DNA from: Dehalococcoidia bacterium
GTDB lineage: Bacteria; Chloroflexota; Dehalococcoidia; Lucifugimonadales; UBA2985
Direction: 5' to 3'
DNA length: 64,000 nucleotides
Assembly (NCBI GenBank): GCA_965221925.1
Contig: OZ244924.1
Location: 713 to 64,712, forward strand
Part shown: positions 1-9,250 of the stretch, in pieces
Layout of the letters: every line of letters starts with the position of its first letter
Numbering within the stretch: the stretch's first letter is position 1
Program-made: the position numbers and the translations under genes
Notes under the pieces: generated by a model
Database searches by the model: none
The model's input: the letters and a program-made list of their open reading frames with translations, nothing else
What the model was told of the DNA's origin: nothing

Positions 1-63
1 GAGATAGCGGTAAGAGGGCAGGTTTAGCATGAGCGGGTCCCGGCGCTCCGGCCCGGTTGAGAT

Positions 64-101
64 GTAACGCAAACGTAACTTCTGTGTAACCCCCGTGGAA
101 C
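64..101 (+). promoter_or_regulatory. GlnR-box-like direct repeats upstream of amtB
   Basis: GTAAC at 64, 75, 86 and GGAAC at 97, exact 11-bp period; resembles the actinobacterial GlnR box gTnAc-n6-GaAAc. Confidence 0.65.
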
Positions 102-158
102 ACGCATGCCGCATGATTGCTGTTGCTATCGATTCTGAGTAAAGGGGGACATTATAGG

Positions 159-1352
159 ATGGATACAGGGAATACCGCATGGATTCTTACGGCTTCGGCG
201 CTGGTGCTGTTAATGACGCCAGGACTGGCTTTCTTCTACGGAGGCCTTGTCCGCGCCAGAAACGTCATCAGCACGATCATGCTGAGCTTCATGAGCATGG
301 CCGTCATCAGCGTGGTGTGGGTGCTCTGGGGCTATAGCCTGGCGTTCGGCGAGGGAGGTCCGCTCATTGGCGACCTCTCCCTCCTCGGCCTAAAGGGGAT
401 GGAGCCCGGCGACGAGATGTTGTTCGCCGTCTTCCAGATGATGTTTGCCATCATCACCCCAGCCCTTATCACGGGAGCGTTGGTGGAGCGCTTCAAGTTC
501 ACCACCTACCTCGTGTTCTTGGTCGCTTGGGTATCGCTCGTTTACGCGCCCATTGCCCACTGGGTTTGGGCAGGCAATGGCTGGTTGTTCGACCTGGGCG
601 CCCTCGACTTCGCGGGCGGCACGGTTGTCCACATCAACGCTGCCATGGCCGCAATAGCCGCGGCGGTCCTAGTAGGCAAGCGGCGGAACCCCGGCGGGGA
701 GCCCGGCAACGTTCCGTACGTGATCATCGGCGCTTCGCTTCTCTGGTTCGGTTGGTTTGGGTTCAACGCAGGCTCCGGCCTCGCGGCGGACGGCGTAGCC
801 GTGAACGCGTTCCTCGTGACCAACACCGCGGCGGCAACGGCCGCGCTGACGTGGGGCATACTGTCGCAGATTCAACACAAGCGCATGAGCGCTGTGGGAG
901 TCGCCACGGGAGCAGTCGGGGGTCTCGTCGCCATCACGCCTGCAGCGGGCGCGGTGGGGGTGATGGGCGCGTTGGCCATTGGCTTCGGGGCAGGCGTCCT
1001 CTGCTACGTCGCCGTGCTCATTCGCCCGAAGCTAGGCCTGGACGACGCGCTGGACGTGTTCGCAGTCCACGGCATTGGCGGGATCTGGGGCGCGCTGGCG
1101 ACGGGCATCTTCACAGTGGAGGCCTTCGCGGGCGTCAAGGGGCTCGTCGAGGGCAACATTGAGCAGTTGGGCATACAGGCGGTGGGAGTTGGCGCGACGA
1201 TTGCGTACTCGTTCATTGTCTCGCTCATCATCCTTCTCGCACTGGACAAGATTCCGGGGCTTGGCCTGCGCGTTTCCGAGCGGGAAGAGGACGAGGGCCT
1301 GGACCTGGTAGCCCACGGAGAAAGGGCCTACGTCAGAGACGGCGCAGACTAG
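159..1352 (+). CDS. amtB: Ammonium transporter
   Basis: MDTGNTAW...PGLAFFYGG, FQMMFAIITPAL, DFAGGTVVH, FGWFGFNAGS, DDALDVFAVHG motifs; ATG at 159 preferred over the ORF-track start 117. Confidence 0.97.
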   Translation: MDTGNTAWILTASALVLLMTPGLAFFYGGLVRARNVISTIMLSFMSMAVISVVWVLWGYSLAFGEGGPLIGDLSLLGLKGMEPGDEMLFAVFQMMFAIITPALITGALVERFKFTTYLVFLVAWVSLVYAPIAHWVWAGNGWLFDLGALDFAGGTVVHINAAMAAIAAAVLVGKRRNPGGEPGNVPYVIIGASLLWFGWFGFNAGSGLAADGVAVNAFLVTNTAAATAALTWGILSQIQHKRMSAVGVATGAVGGLVAITPAAGAVGVMGALAIGFGAGVLCYVAVLIRPKLGLDDALDVFAVHGIGGIWGALATGIFTVEAFAGVKGLVEGNIEQLGIQAVGVGATIAYSFIVSLIILLALDKIPGLGLRVSEREEDEGLDLVAHGERAYVRDGAD

Positions 1353-1413
1353 GAATGGTAAAACGGTGGAAGCCAACCGCAATGAACGCGGGTTGATTTA
1401 AGGAGGGTCTCTT

Positions 1414-1764
1414 ATGCTGAAGGTTGAAGCGATCATCAGGCCGGAGCGAATAAGCCAGGTAACCCCGGCCCTGGACGAAGCCGGTTGCACCGGGTATCAC
1501 TATACGAACATAACGGGACAGGGCCGGCAGGGAGGACTTGAGGTCTTTACAGGGCGAGGCGGCCAAATGGTTAAAGCCGCTGTGCCCAAGACCTTAATCA
1601 CCACCGTCATCCCGGACGAGCTGCTGGAGGCAGTCATCGATGCCATCGTTGGAGCAGCCAGAAGCCCCGGTGAGGGGAATATCGGCGATGGAAAGATCTT
1701 CGTGTCTCAGGTATCAGAGGTGGTGCGGGTGAGGACCGGAGAGCGGGGGGAGGTCGCAATTTAG
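1414..1764 (+). CDS. glnK: P-II nitrogen regulatory protein
   Basis: KVEAIIRP...GQGRQGG...GDGKIFVS..RVRTGERG; directly after amtB; RBS AAGGAGG. Confidence 0.92.
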   Translation: MLKVEAIIRPERISQVTPALDEAGCTGYHYTNITGQGRQGGLEVFTGRGGQMVKAAVPKTLITTVIPDELLEAVIDAIVGAARSPGEGNIGDGKIFVSQVSEVVRVRTGERGEVAI

Positions 1765-1804
1765 GCCACTTTGGGCAGGACGCCGCTGGTCCTGAAGTTG
1801 CTAC

Positions 1805-1846
1805 AAGCGGGGTGGGAGCCGGAAGGTCCCCACCCCGCTTCCTTTT
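1805..1846 (+). terminator. Probable intrinsic terminator after glnK
   Basis: Stem AAGCGGGGTGGG/CCCACCCCGCTT followed by CCTTTT, between convergent genes. Confidence 0.6.
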
Positions 1847-1864
1847 GCCAGCCAGATCCGTGGA

Positions 1865-2596
1865 TTACAGGCGCGTCTGCCCGTTCCCCTCGCGTCTCTG
1901 GCCGCGCAGCTCAAAACAGAGCTTGAGGAACAGCAGCGCCTCCCCGGCGGACGCCTTTGACCTGCCGTATCGACGGTCCACGAATGTGATGGGGGTCTCC
2001 TTAACGCGAGCGTCGCCGCTCTTGGCAATGATCTCCAAGAGCAGCTTGAACCCCTTGGGACTTAACGTGGGAAGCAGCCCTTCCATGTGGCCTCGCCGGA
2101 AGGCGCCGAAGCCGGATGTGAGGTCTCGCACCGGCAGGCCCACAATCAGGCGTCCCAACGCAGACGCGCCACGGCTGACGAGCTGCCTCCACAGCGGCCA
2201 GTTCTGCACACCGCCGCCGTCCACGTACCGGGAGCCTACTACGATGTCGGCATTTGAGAGGGCTTGCAGCATCCTGGGCAGCTCCTCTGGGCGATGGGAC
2301 AGGTCGGCGTCCATCATCACCCAGTAGTCGCCGGCGGCCTGCGCAAAGCCCGCGGCAACGGCGCTCCCCAGCCCAAGCTTTCCGGGCCTTTGTATCAGCC
2401 TTATCCGCGGGTCTTCCTCGCCCAGCTGACGCACCACTTCACAGGTGCCGTCCGGGCTATTGTCATCCACCACGATGACCTCATAGTCCCAGCCGGACTC
2501 CAGCGCCTCGCGGATGCCCTGGCAAAGGGGCTGGATATTGCCGCGTTCGTTGTAAGTTGGAACAACTATGGAGACCTTCTCGCCGCCCTGGGTCAT
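1865..2596 (-). CDS. Polyprenol-monophosphomannose synthase-like GT2 glycosyltransferase
   Basis: VVPTYNE, VDDNSPDGT, GLGSA, MDADLSH, VGSRYV, DLTSGF (DPM1/Ppm1 family); ATG at 2596 overlaps the upstream stop. Confidence 0.9.
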   Translation of the reverse strand: MTQGGEKVSIVVPTYNERGNIQPLCQGIREALESGWDYEVIVVDDNSPDGTCEVVRQLGEEDPRIRLIQRPGKLGLGSAVAAGFAQAAGDYWVMMDADLSHRPEELPRMLQALSNADIVVGSRYVDGGGVQNWPLWRQLVSRGASALGRLIVGLPVRDLTSGFGAFRRGHMEGLLPTLSPKGFKLLLEIIAKSGDARVKETPITFVDRRYGRSKASAGEALLFLKLCFELRGQRREGNGQTRL

Positions 2597-2982
2597 GCGC
2601 GCCTGCCCCGCTCTATAGAGCAGCCGGGAAACCGGTAGCGGTTTTGGGCAATCCAGCCGTAGGCCGCCCGGCCCAGGGCACCCATTCCCGGAAGCCACAG
2701 CATTGGAGCAATGGGCAGCAGGGGCGGCAGCCTGAGGGCCAGTATTCTGAAGGCGTGGAACCCCTTGTAAAGACGGCCATTGCCCGCGTCCAGGTAAGCA
2801 GCGCGGCTCAGGTCTTCCCACGACAGGCCGTTGAGCGGCTCTGCCAGGGATTGCCAGGGAATCCACTCCACGCTATGAAAGAAGTCGGCCTTCGAAAGCC
2901 AACGCCCCGCGCCGGCGCAAAAGCCGCAATCCCCATCGTAGTAAAAGACCCAGCCAGACTCATGCCGCATACTATCCGCCAT
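2593..2982 (-). CDS. DCC family (DUF393) thiol-disulfide oxidoreductase
   Basis: YDGDCGFC (DxxCxxC) and C-terminal YGWIAQNRYR; start uncertain (2982 or 2970). Confidence 0.85.
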   Translation of the reverse strand: MADSMRHESGWVFYYDGDCGFCAGAGRWLSKADFFHSVEWIPWQSLAEPLNGLSWEDLSRAAYLDAGNGRLYKGFHAFRILALRLPPLLPIAPMLWLPGMGALGRAAYGWIAQNRYRFPGCSIERGRRA

Positions 2983-3042
2983 TATACCCTCCCCACTGGA
3001 GCGCACGCCATATCCCCTGCTTTGACCTCCAGGGTCTTTCGA

Positions 3043-3726
3043 TTATTGTGATGGTAGTAGGCCTAGCAATCTGAGAGCGCCGTTGGGCTGCCAAGCGACG
3101 TTCCTTATGGCTGCTGCGATGTTGGTAGCTCCGCTCAGTCGGAGGATATTCAGCGCCACGTTTCTCAGGGCTGCCATCATCTGTGGCGCTGAGCCGGTGC
3201 GAACTTGGGAGCCATCCTCCCCCATGGTCACGTCCCTCACATAGTGCAGGCCATTCTCAATGCGCCAATGGCCGCGTACCAGTTGGAGCAGTCTATCAGC
3301 CGGTGTGTGAGTCCCAAGGCTGGTGATAGCGTATCGCACCTGCCGAGTGGTCTTGCCTTTGATGCTGCGCCAACTCTCAACCTTCATCACCTGCCCGTGT
3401 CCGGGCCACTCCAGATAGGTCTTCAGTGTGTCTGTAGCCCACAACCTGCGATACTCTCGACGCTCTCCATGACTGTCCTCGGTCTCGGCATATCCATACG
3501 TCTCACCAACCACAGGCCGGTCGAAGCACAACTCTATGTCCTCGTACAGCCTCTTCTGGTTGCTCTTGACTATCAACAGATAGTCGCCACCTCCACCAAC
3601 CACCTGTTCACACAGCTGTCTCTGGCAGTACAGCGCATCCCCGGTCACTACCCTGTCTGTTACGATCATTCTCTCCAACAGCGAGCTTGCCATAGCCAAC
3701 TCCGACTGATTCTTCTCAGCCGTCAC
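3043..3726 (-). CDS. ISAs1 transposase, C-terminal ORF
   Basis: VTGDALYCQR, DYLLIVKSNQ, HWRIENGLHYVRDVTMGED. Confidence 0.9.
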   Translation of the reverse strand: MTAEKNQSELAMASSLLERMIVTDRVVTGDALYCQRQLCEQVVGGGGDYLLIVKSNQKRLYEDIELCFDRPVVGETYGYAETEDSHGERREYRRLWATDTLKTYLEWPGHGQVMKVESWRSIKGKTTRQVRYAITSLGTHTPADRLLQLVRGHWRIENGLHYVRDVTMGEDGSQVRTGSAPQMMAALRNVALNILRLSGATNIAAAIRNVAWQPNGALRLLGLLPSQ

Positions 3727-4166
3727 CCCCCTTTTTGACTCACCACCAAGCCCATGCGATGGCTATAGGCAGCCACAAGACGGACTCCAGGCGCCTCCTC
3801 CCCGTGTATCCCCCTAAGCGCCTTGCCATCTATTGCTATTGCCTCCTCTCTTGTTCCCAACTGAGATTCAACCCATTCCCCAAGCACACTCTCGAACGCA
3901 TCCACGTCTATACTGCTGAACACCTTATGCAACGTGGATATCGCAGGGGTCCGCTCTCTGGTGAACCCCAACTCCTTCAGTGTAGCCGGGTCTTGCATCC
4001 TTCCCCATTGGGCTATGGCATATAGACTACGGGCGCCACTTGCTATTGCACACACCGATAACGCCAAGATTGCACTCAGCGCATGGCGACGACCATGCCT
4101 GGACCGGGGATCAGGCACCCCCTCCAGTACTCCAAGTAGGCTCTTTCCCAGTCCCTCCGTATTCAT
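3723..4166 (-). CDS. ISAs1 transposase, N-terminal ORF
   Basis: VPDPRSRHGRRH, IAIDGKALRG; ends at an A5G6 run. Confidence 0.9.
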   Translation of the reverse strand: MNTEGLGKSLLGVLEGVPDPRSRHGRRHALSAILALSVCAIASGARSLYAIAQWGRMQDPATLKELGFTRERTPAISTLHKVFSSIDVDAFESVLGEWVESQLGTREEAIAIDGKALRGIHGEEAPGVRLVAAYSHRMGLVVSQKGG

Positions 4167-4220
4167 ACGCCAACTCTATCACTCTTCTTACCATAATCGA
4201 AAGACCCTGCTTTGACCTCG

Positions 4221-4700
4221 TTAACCCGCGTCCAGCCTCCGCCATCGGCTGAGGGGGCGGCAGACCAGCCAGGCCCTGGCCTCTATTGCCCTCTGCGAGA
4301 CCGGGCCAAAGGAACGGCTGTCGGTACTCATATCCATTGCATCCCCCAGGAGGAAGAACTCGTCTTGCTTGAGGAGCCACTCGCCGTCCTTTCCGTCCGG
4401 CAGGAACGCCTCTTTCAGAGGCGCATCGTTGACCGCCAGGACTCTCATGCTGAGCCTTACCGTATCGCCCGGAACGCCCACAACCCGCTTTATCACCGCT
4501 TTCCTCCCACCCAACGGGCCGCGCGCAAGAACCACGTCCCCCCTTTGCGGGGAGCGCCGCAGATAGGCAAGGCGGTCAAAGAGCGCGTACTCCCCGGAGT
4601 CCAGCGTGGGATACATGCTCCATCCCGTGACGGTCACCCGGCGAGATGTGACGAAAGCCGCCGCATCATACAGCATCTTCATAATCCGGCGCAAAGGCAT
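4221..4700 (-). CDS. sodX: S26 peptidase, probable Ni-SOD maturation protease
   Basis: V.GWSMYPTL, IKRVVG, GDAMDMSTDSRSFG; divergent neighbour of sodN. Confidence 0.75.
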   Translation of the reverse strand: MPLRRIMKMLYDAAAFVTSRRVTVTGWSMYPTLDSGEYALFDRLAYLRRSPQRGDVVLARGPLGGRKAVIKRVVGVPGDTVRLSMRVLAVNDAPLKEAFLPDGKDGEWLLKQDEFFLLGDAMDMSTDSRSFGPVSQRAIEARAWLVCRPLSRWRRLDAG

Positions 4701-4846
4701 CCCCTAAACTGCGCGAGTCTCTCACACCCTTGAGGATACCAGACCTGAGCGCAACGAGATACCCGGCGCATTACCCCTTGGCAGCGCTCCCTCATTGCTT
4801 TAGACTATACGCAGTTAAAGAATCTCTCTTGCTAGGAGGTATACCC

Positions 4847-5332
4847 GTGTCCATATTCAGGCAAGCCGTCAGCGCAATTGCCAAAGCGCTCCCATCCGAG
4901 AAGGGCTACGCCCACTGCGACATCCCCTGCGGGATCTACGACCCCATCGCCGCCAAGATAGCTGCCCAGACCGTCCAGAAGATGGTTTTGCGGATGCAGG
5001 CGCTGCCGAGCCCCGAGTCGGACGACGCCCGGGCAGCTTACGTAAACACCATGAGCCGCTACGTGATGGTCAAGGATGAGCACGCCGAGCTCTGCAAGCG
5101 AGAGCTGCGGATTCTCTGGGCCGACTATGGCTGGCCCAATACGCCGGAAGGCTTTGACCTGCACGGTTCCTTCAACGCCGCTCTGAAGCTGGCCGGCCGC
5201 TGCCGCCAGACCGTGGACATGGCCGCCTGTGAAGAGCTGGTTGCCACTGTTGACAGCATCGCCACCGCTTTCTGGGCCACCAAGGGCGTCGAGTATAGCG
5301 ACCCCAACGCCGCAGCCCGCTTCGGGACATAG
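4847..5332 (+). CDS. sodN: Nickel superoxide dismutase precursor
   Basis: Ni-hook HCDIPCGIYDP after a 22-aa leader; GTG start with GGAGG RBS. Confidence 0.95.
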   Translation: MSIFRQAVSAIAKALPSEKGYAHCDIPCGIYDPIAAKIAAQTVQKMVLRMQALPSPESDDARAAYVNTMSRYVMVKDEHAELCKRELRILWADYGWPNTPEGFDLHGSFNAALKLAGRCRQTVDMAACEELVATVDSIATAFWATKGVEYSDPNAAARFGT

Positions 5333-5455
5333 CCCCGGATGAGAGAAGCTTCCACCGCCCTCCCCCCTAGCGAAGAAGGAGGGCGGTGTTGGCCCGTTCC
5401 CCTGGCGAAGGTGAAGCCGCCGCGCCCTATATACATTCTGTGGTAACATATACAC

Positions 5456-6349
5456 ATGAAACTTGGGGCATTTGAGATAGAGGAACCCCTACCCAGGCTG
5501 AGAAATCCCCATGCCTTCGCCACCCTCCGCCCCTGGGTGGACGTGGGAAGCGTGGGACGCCTCACCTTCCGCAGCTTGGAGCGCCACTTCCAGGCCAATG
5601 ACCTGGCCAAGCTCGCCAGGCCCGGTGTCTTCTTCGACTTCACGCGATACCGCCCCACCATATACACCGTCGACGGACAGCGGCAGGTGACAGTGCCAAC
5701 CGTCAACGTTCGTTACGCCCGCGGGGAGGGAGACAACGACTTCCTGTTTCTCCACCTGCTGGAGCCCCACCTGAACGGCGAGGGCTACGTTCACTCCATC
5801 GTAAAGCTCTTGGAGAAGCTGGACGTCAGGAGGTACTGCCTCCTTGGGGCCATGTATGACTTGGTGCCCCACACCAGGCCCATAATGGTGACCGGGGCGG
5901 CCACCGGAGAAGAGACCCTGAAACTCGTAAGGAGCCTTGGCGTTCACTCCAGCAGCTACGAGGGCCCCACCAGCATCGCCTCTCTGATCTCCCAGGAAGC
6001 AGCGCGGATGGGGGTTGAGACTATGGGGCTGATAGCCCACCTGCCCCAGTACGCGCAGATGGACGTAGACCACGCCGGCCGCTTGCGCCTGCTGGAGTTG
6101 CTGTGCCAGCTGTACGACTTTGACATGGACCTGGAGAGGGTCAAAATGCGGGCCAAACAGCAGACCGAGGAGATATCCTCGGCTATGGACCGCAACCCGG
6201 AGGTGAAGGGGCTGGTGGAGCAGCTTGAACGGCAGTACGAGGACAGGGTCAGGAGGATGAGGGAAGGCAGCCAGGACGTGGAGCCGGATCTCTCTTCCGA
6301 GGTGCAGGACTTCCTGGATCAGCTGGGCGACCAGTTCAGCCAGAACTGA
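5456..6349 (+). CDS. PAC2 (proteasome assembly chaperone) family protein
   Basis: PWVDVGSVG, FFDFTRYRP, VPHTRP, YEGPTSI, HLPQY, VEQLERQYE. Confidence 0.85.
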   Translation: MKLGAFEIEEPLPRLRNPHAFATLRPWVDVGSVGRLTFRSLERHFQANDLAKLARPGVFFDFTRYRPTIYTVDGQRQVTVPTVNVRYARGEGDNDFLFLHLLEPHLNGEGYVHSIVKLLEKLDVRRYCLLGAMYDLVPHTRPIMVTGAATGEETLKLVRSLGVHSSSYEGPTSIASLISQEAARMGVETMGLIAHLPQYAQMDVDHAGRLRLLELLCQLYDFDMDLERVKMRAKQQTEEISSAMDRNPEVKGLVEQLERQYEDRVRRMREGSQDVEPDLSSEVQDFLDQLGDQFSQN

Positions 6350-6393
6350 GCCTCCTCCGGGAGCGGCTTCACACCCACGCAACGAGTTTCGCA

Positions 6394-6567
6394 ATGCCTG
6401 AAGCCCCAGACCTGGAGGTAGTCAAGGTGAGAGACTTCCTCTCGGTGCACGGCAAGCGGGGAGGCTTGTGCCCTCGCTGCGGCGGCAACATCACCACCAT
6501 CGGCGCAAACCGGCGGCTCACCAACTACTGCCGCCGGCGCCAGCCCGGACTGCTGTTGAGGAACTGA
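6394..6567 (+). pseudogene. Internally deleted Fpg/Nei DNA glycosylase (57 aa, not in ORF track)
   Basis: MPEAPDLEVVK N-terminus joined in frame to the zinc-finger tail VRDFLSVHGKRGGLCPRCGG...NYCRRRQPG. Confidence 0.8.
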
Positions 6568-6632
6568 GGCCGCCGGGGATAGCCTCGTGCGCAACGCCAG
6601 GATTTGCCTTACAATGGACTTAGGAGGACGCT

Positions 6633-7964
6633 GTGTTTGAATCTCTGTCTGAAAAGCTCAACACTGTCTTCAACCGCCTCTCCGGCAAGGGGCGACTCAC
6701 GGAGAAGGATGTGGACGACGGCCTCCGCGAGGTACGCCTGGCCCTGCTGGAAGCCGACGTCAACTTCCGGGTAGCTCGTGACTTCGTTCAAAAGGTCCGC
6801 GAGAGGGCCGTGGGCAGCCAGACGCTGGAATCCCTCAGCCCGGGCCAGCAGATAGTGAAGATAGTCAATGAAGAGCTCATCGCCATCCTCGGAGGCGAGT
6901 CCTCCAGGCTGGCGGGCTCCGACTCCCCACCCTCGGTCTTGATGCTGGTCGGGTTGCAGGGATCCGGAAAGACGACAACCGCCGCCAAGCTGGCCCTCCA
7001 TCTCAAGCGCGGGGGCCACAGGGCGCTGCTGGTTGCGGGAGACCTCCGCCGTCCGGCCGCGGTCGAGCAGCTGGTGACCCTGGGTAAGCAGTTGGACGTG
7101 CCGGTGTACAGCGAAGGCCAGGGGGCCAGCGCGCTGGATGCGTGCCGACAGGGGGTCCAGAAGGCCAGGGACACTGGGGCCGCATGGGTCATTCTGGATA
7201 CCGGGGGCCGGCTCCAGATAGACGACGAGATGATGGAGGAGTTGGAGGAGATCAGGAGAGCCACGTCGCCCTCGGAGCTTCTCATGGTGGTGGACGCCAT
7301 GACGGGCCAGGACGCTGTCAACTCCGCCCAGAGCTTTCACGATCGGATTGGCCTGACCGGCCTGGTTATGACCAAGCTGGACGGCGACGCTCGAGGAGGG
7401 GCTGCCCTCTCCATCACCCAGGTAACCGGCCTGCCCGTGAAGTTCATCGGCACAGGGGAAAGGGCCGACGCCCTGGAGCCCTTCCACCCCGACCGCATGG
7501 CGTCTCGCATCCTGGGTATGGGAGATGTCCTGACACTGGTGGAGAAAGCCCAGGAGACCATGGACCAGGAGCGCGCCCGGGAGATGGAGCGCAAGTTCCG
7601 CAGGGCAACCTTCAACCTGGAGGACTTCCTGGAGCAGCTCCACCAGGTGAACCGTATGGGGCCCATCAGCCAGGTACTGGAGATGATACCCGGCTTCTCC
7701 TCGCTGTCACGGCGTATGTCGCCGGAGGAGCTGGACGGGAAGCGCATGAAGACAATGGAGGCCATAGTCTACTCCATGACTCCCAGGGAGCGCCGCAGCC
7801 CGGAGATCCTCAACGGCAGCCGGCGACGACGTATCGCCAGGGGCAGCGGGACCACGCCCCAGCAGGTGAACCAGCTGCTCAACCAGTTTCGACAGATGCA
7901 GAAGGTAATGAAGCAGGTGTCCTCCGGCAAAATGCCGCGCGGCATTGGGGGCCTGTTCGGATAG
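6633..7964 (+). CDS. ffh: Signal recognition particle protein
   Basis: MFESLSEKL, GLQGSGKTT, DAMTGQDA, TKLDGDARGG, Met-rich M domain with SRRRRIARGSG. Confidence 0.98.
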   Translation: MFESLSEKLNTVFNRLSGKGRLTEKDVDDGLREVRLALLEADVNFRVARDFVQKVRERAVGSQTLESLSPGQQIVKIVNEELIAILGGESSRLAGSDSPPSVLMLVGLQGSGKTTTAAKLALHLKRGGHRALLVAGDLRRPAAVEQLVTLGKQLDVPVYSEGQGASALDACRQGVQKARDTGAAWVILDTGGRLQIDDEMMEELEEIRRATSPSELLMVVDAMTGQDAVNSAQSFHDRIGLTGLVMTKLDGDARGGAALSITQVTGLPVKFIGTGERADALEPFHPDRMASRILGMGDVLTLVEKAQETMDQERAREMERKFRRATFNLEDFLEQLHQVNRMGPISQVLEMIPGFSSLSRRMSPEELDGKRMKTMEAIVYSMTPRERRSPEILNGSRRRRIARGSGTTPQQVNQLLNQFRQMQKVMKQVSSGKMPRGIGGLFG

Positions 7965-8008
7965 AGCGGTCGCCGCGCCCCTGGATGCCCCACAACGCGG
8001 AGCCACTT

Positions 8009-8045
8009 CCCGCTCATATGGTTCGACAAGCTCACCACGAGCGGG
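8009..8045. repeat. REP-like palindrome
   Basis: CCCGCTCATATGGTTCGACAAGCTCACCACGAGCGGG; family recurs at about 9700, 14448, 15981, 16771, 26428, 27576, 31430 and 57590. Confidence 0.8.
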
Positions 8046-8093
8046 AAGGGTGGCCGGCTCACCATGAACTAACGAATGGGGTAGGTCTGGGAT

Positions 8094-9122
8094 TTATCCT
8101 CCCTTGTTGGTGTCTGCCGGCAGGTCCATCAGGGCCTGGGTGCGGGCTCGCATCTGCCCCAAGGAGCCGAGCCCCTCTCTGGGAAGGAACACCACGGCGA
8201 AGAGGGTGGGAGGGACGAAGAGAATGGCGTGCATTGTGATGGCATAGGGAAGAGCCAGGCTTTTTTCGATGCCGAAGAAGCCCATTATGTATACCATCGC
8301 AGCCTCGAAGACGCCGATGGCCCCGGGGGTGGTTGGGATGGAGGTGGCCACGAATATGGTGGAAAGAATGAGCAGCACCGCTTGGGCCAGGGTGAGGTCA
8401 ACGTTCATGCCCAATGCTATGATCCAGCCACTGACTCCCAGAATGCCCCATTGAAACAGGCTGGCAATCATGGAAACCAGCATACGCGCCTTGTTGCGTT
8501 CCAGTTGGGCCAGGGACACAGCAAAGGTGCGCAGCACGGGAAACCGCTCTACAAACGGGATCCCTCGGCTGCCCCAGGCCATGAACCTGACCAGGACCAG
8601 GAGTAGAAAGGAGAAGGCTATACCCCCGGCGGCATAGCGGCCAAGCTGCCCCGCTCCGGGGACCAGAAAGAGGCCAAGGGCCAACAGAAGGGTTGAGGCC
8701 CAGATGTCCATTATACGCGTCATGCCCAAGGTTGCCAGGGCGGCGCCACGGCTGATCCCGTCCTTGAAGATCAGGAGGGCCAGCTGGGTAGCCTCGCTGG
8801 CGATGCGTATGGGCAGGACATTGTTCAGCCCCAGCCCCATGTTCTCTATCAGGAACAGCCTTCGCACGGATATGCGTTCATCGATGAACAGCACCTGCCA
8901 CCTGTAGGCCCTGACGACGTTGCTGAGGAGGAATACCACCAAGGCCAGGGCTAATAGGTGAAGAGGCAGGTCTCTGAAGGACTGCCACACGTCCTCCCAA
9001 GACACTCCACGGCTGGCGAGCCATCCCAGCGCCAGACATACCACGAGGCCGATGGTTAGACGGATGGCCAGGGCTTTCTTGCTGCCGCTTCCGTAGTTGT
9101 ATAGGTTAAGGAGTCTTCTCAC
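8094..9122 (-). CDS. Lysylphosphatidylglycerol-synthase TM domain (flippase-like) membrane protein
   Basis: Multi-pass hydrophobic protein with RAYRW, NNVLPIRIASE, PTTPGAIGVFE. Confidence 0.8.
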   Translation of the reverse strand: MRRLLNLYNYGSGSKKALAIRLTIGLVVCLALGWLASRGVSWEDVWQSFRDLPLHLLALALVVFLLSNVVRAYRWQVLFIDERISVRRLFLIENMGLGLNNVLPIRIASEATQLALLIFKDGISRGAALATLGMTRIMDIWASTLLLALGLFLVPGAGQLGRYAAGGIAFSFLLLVLVRFMAWGSRGIPFVERFPVLRTFAVSLAQLERNKARMLVSMIASLFQWGILGVSGWIIALGMNVDLTLAQAVLLILSTIFVATSIPTTPGAIGVFEAAMVYIMGFFGIEKSLALPYAITMHAILFVPPTLFAVVFLPREGLGSLGQMRARTQALMDLPADTNKGG

Positions 9123-9250
9123 AAGTGACAGCCTGTTCAGACCAGGGCCTTGCCGTGCGCCCGTAAGTATATACTATGTCTCATGCGTGATGCTACAGTC
9201 CGCTCCAGAGCGTCCTCCGCGCCCCCGTTGGCGCAAACGGGGGGTTCAGG

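Larger units (their letters stand above)
3030..4209 (-). mobile_element. ISAs1-family insertion sequence, copy 1 (1180 bp)
   Basis: 17-bp terminal inverted repeats CAGGGTCTTTCGATTAT; 10-bp direct repeat CTTTGACCTC at 3020-3029 and 4210-4219. Confidence 0.95.
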
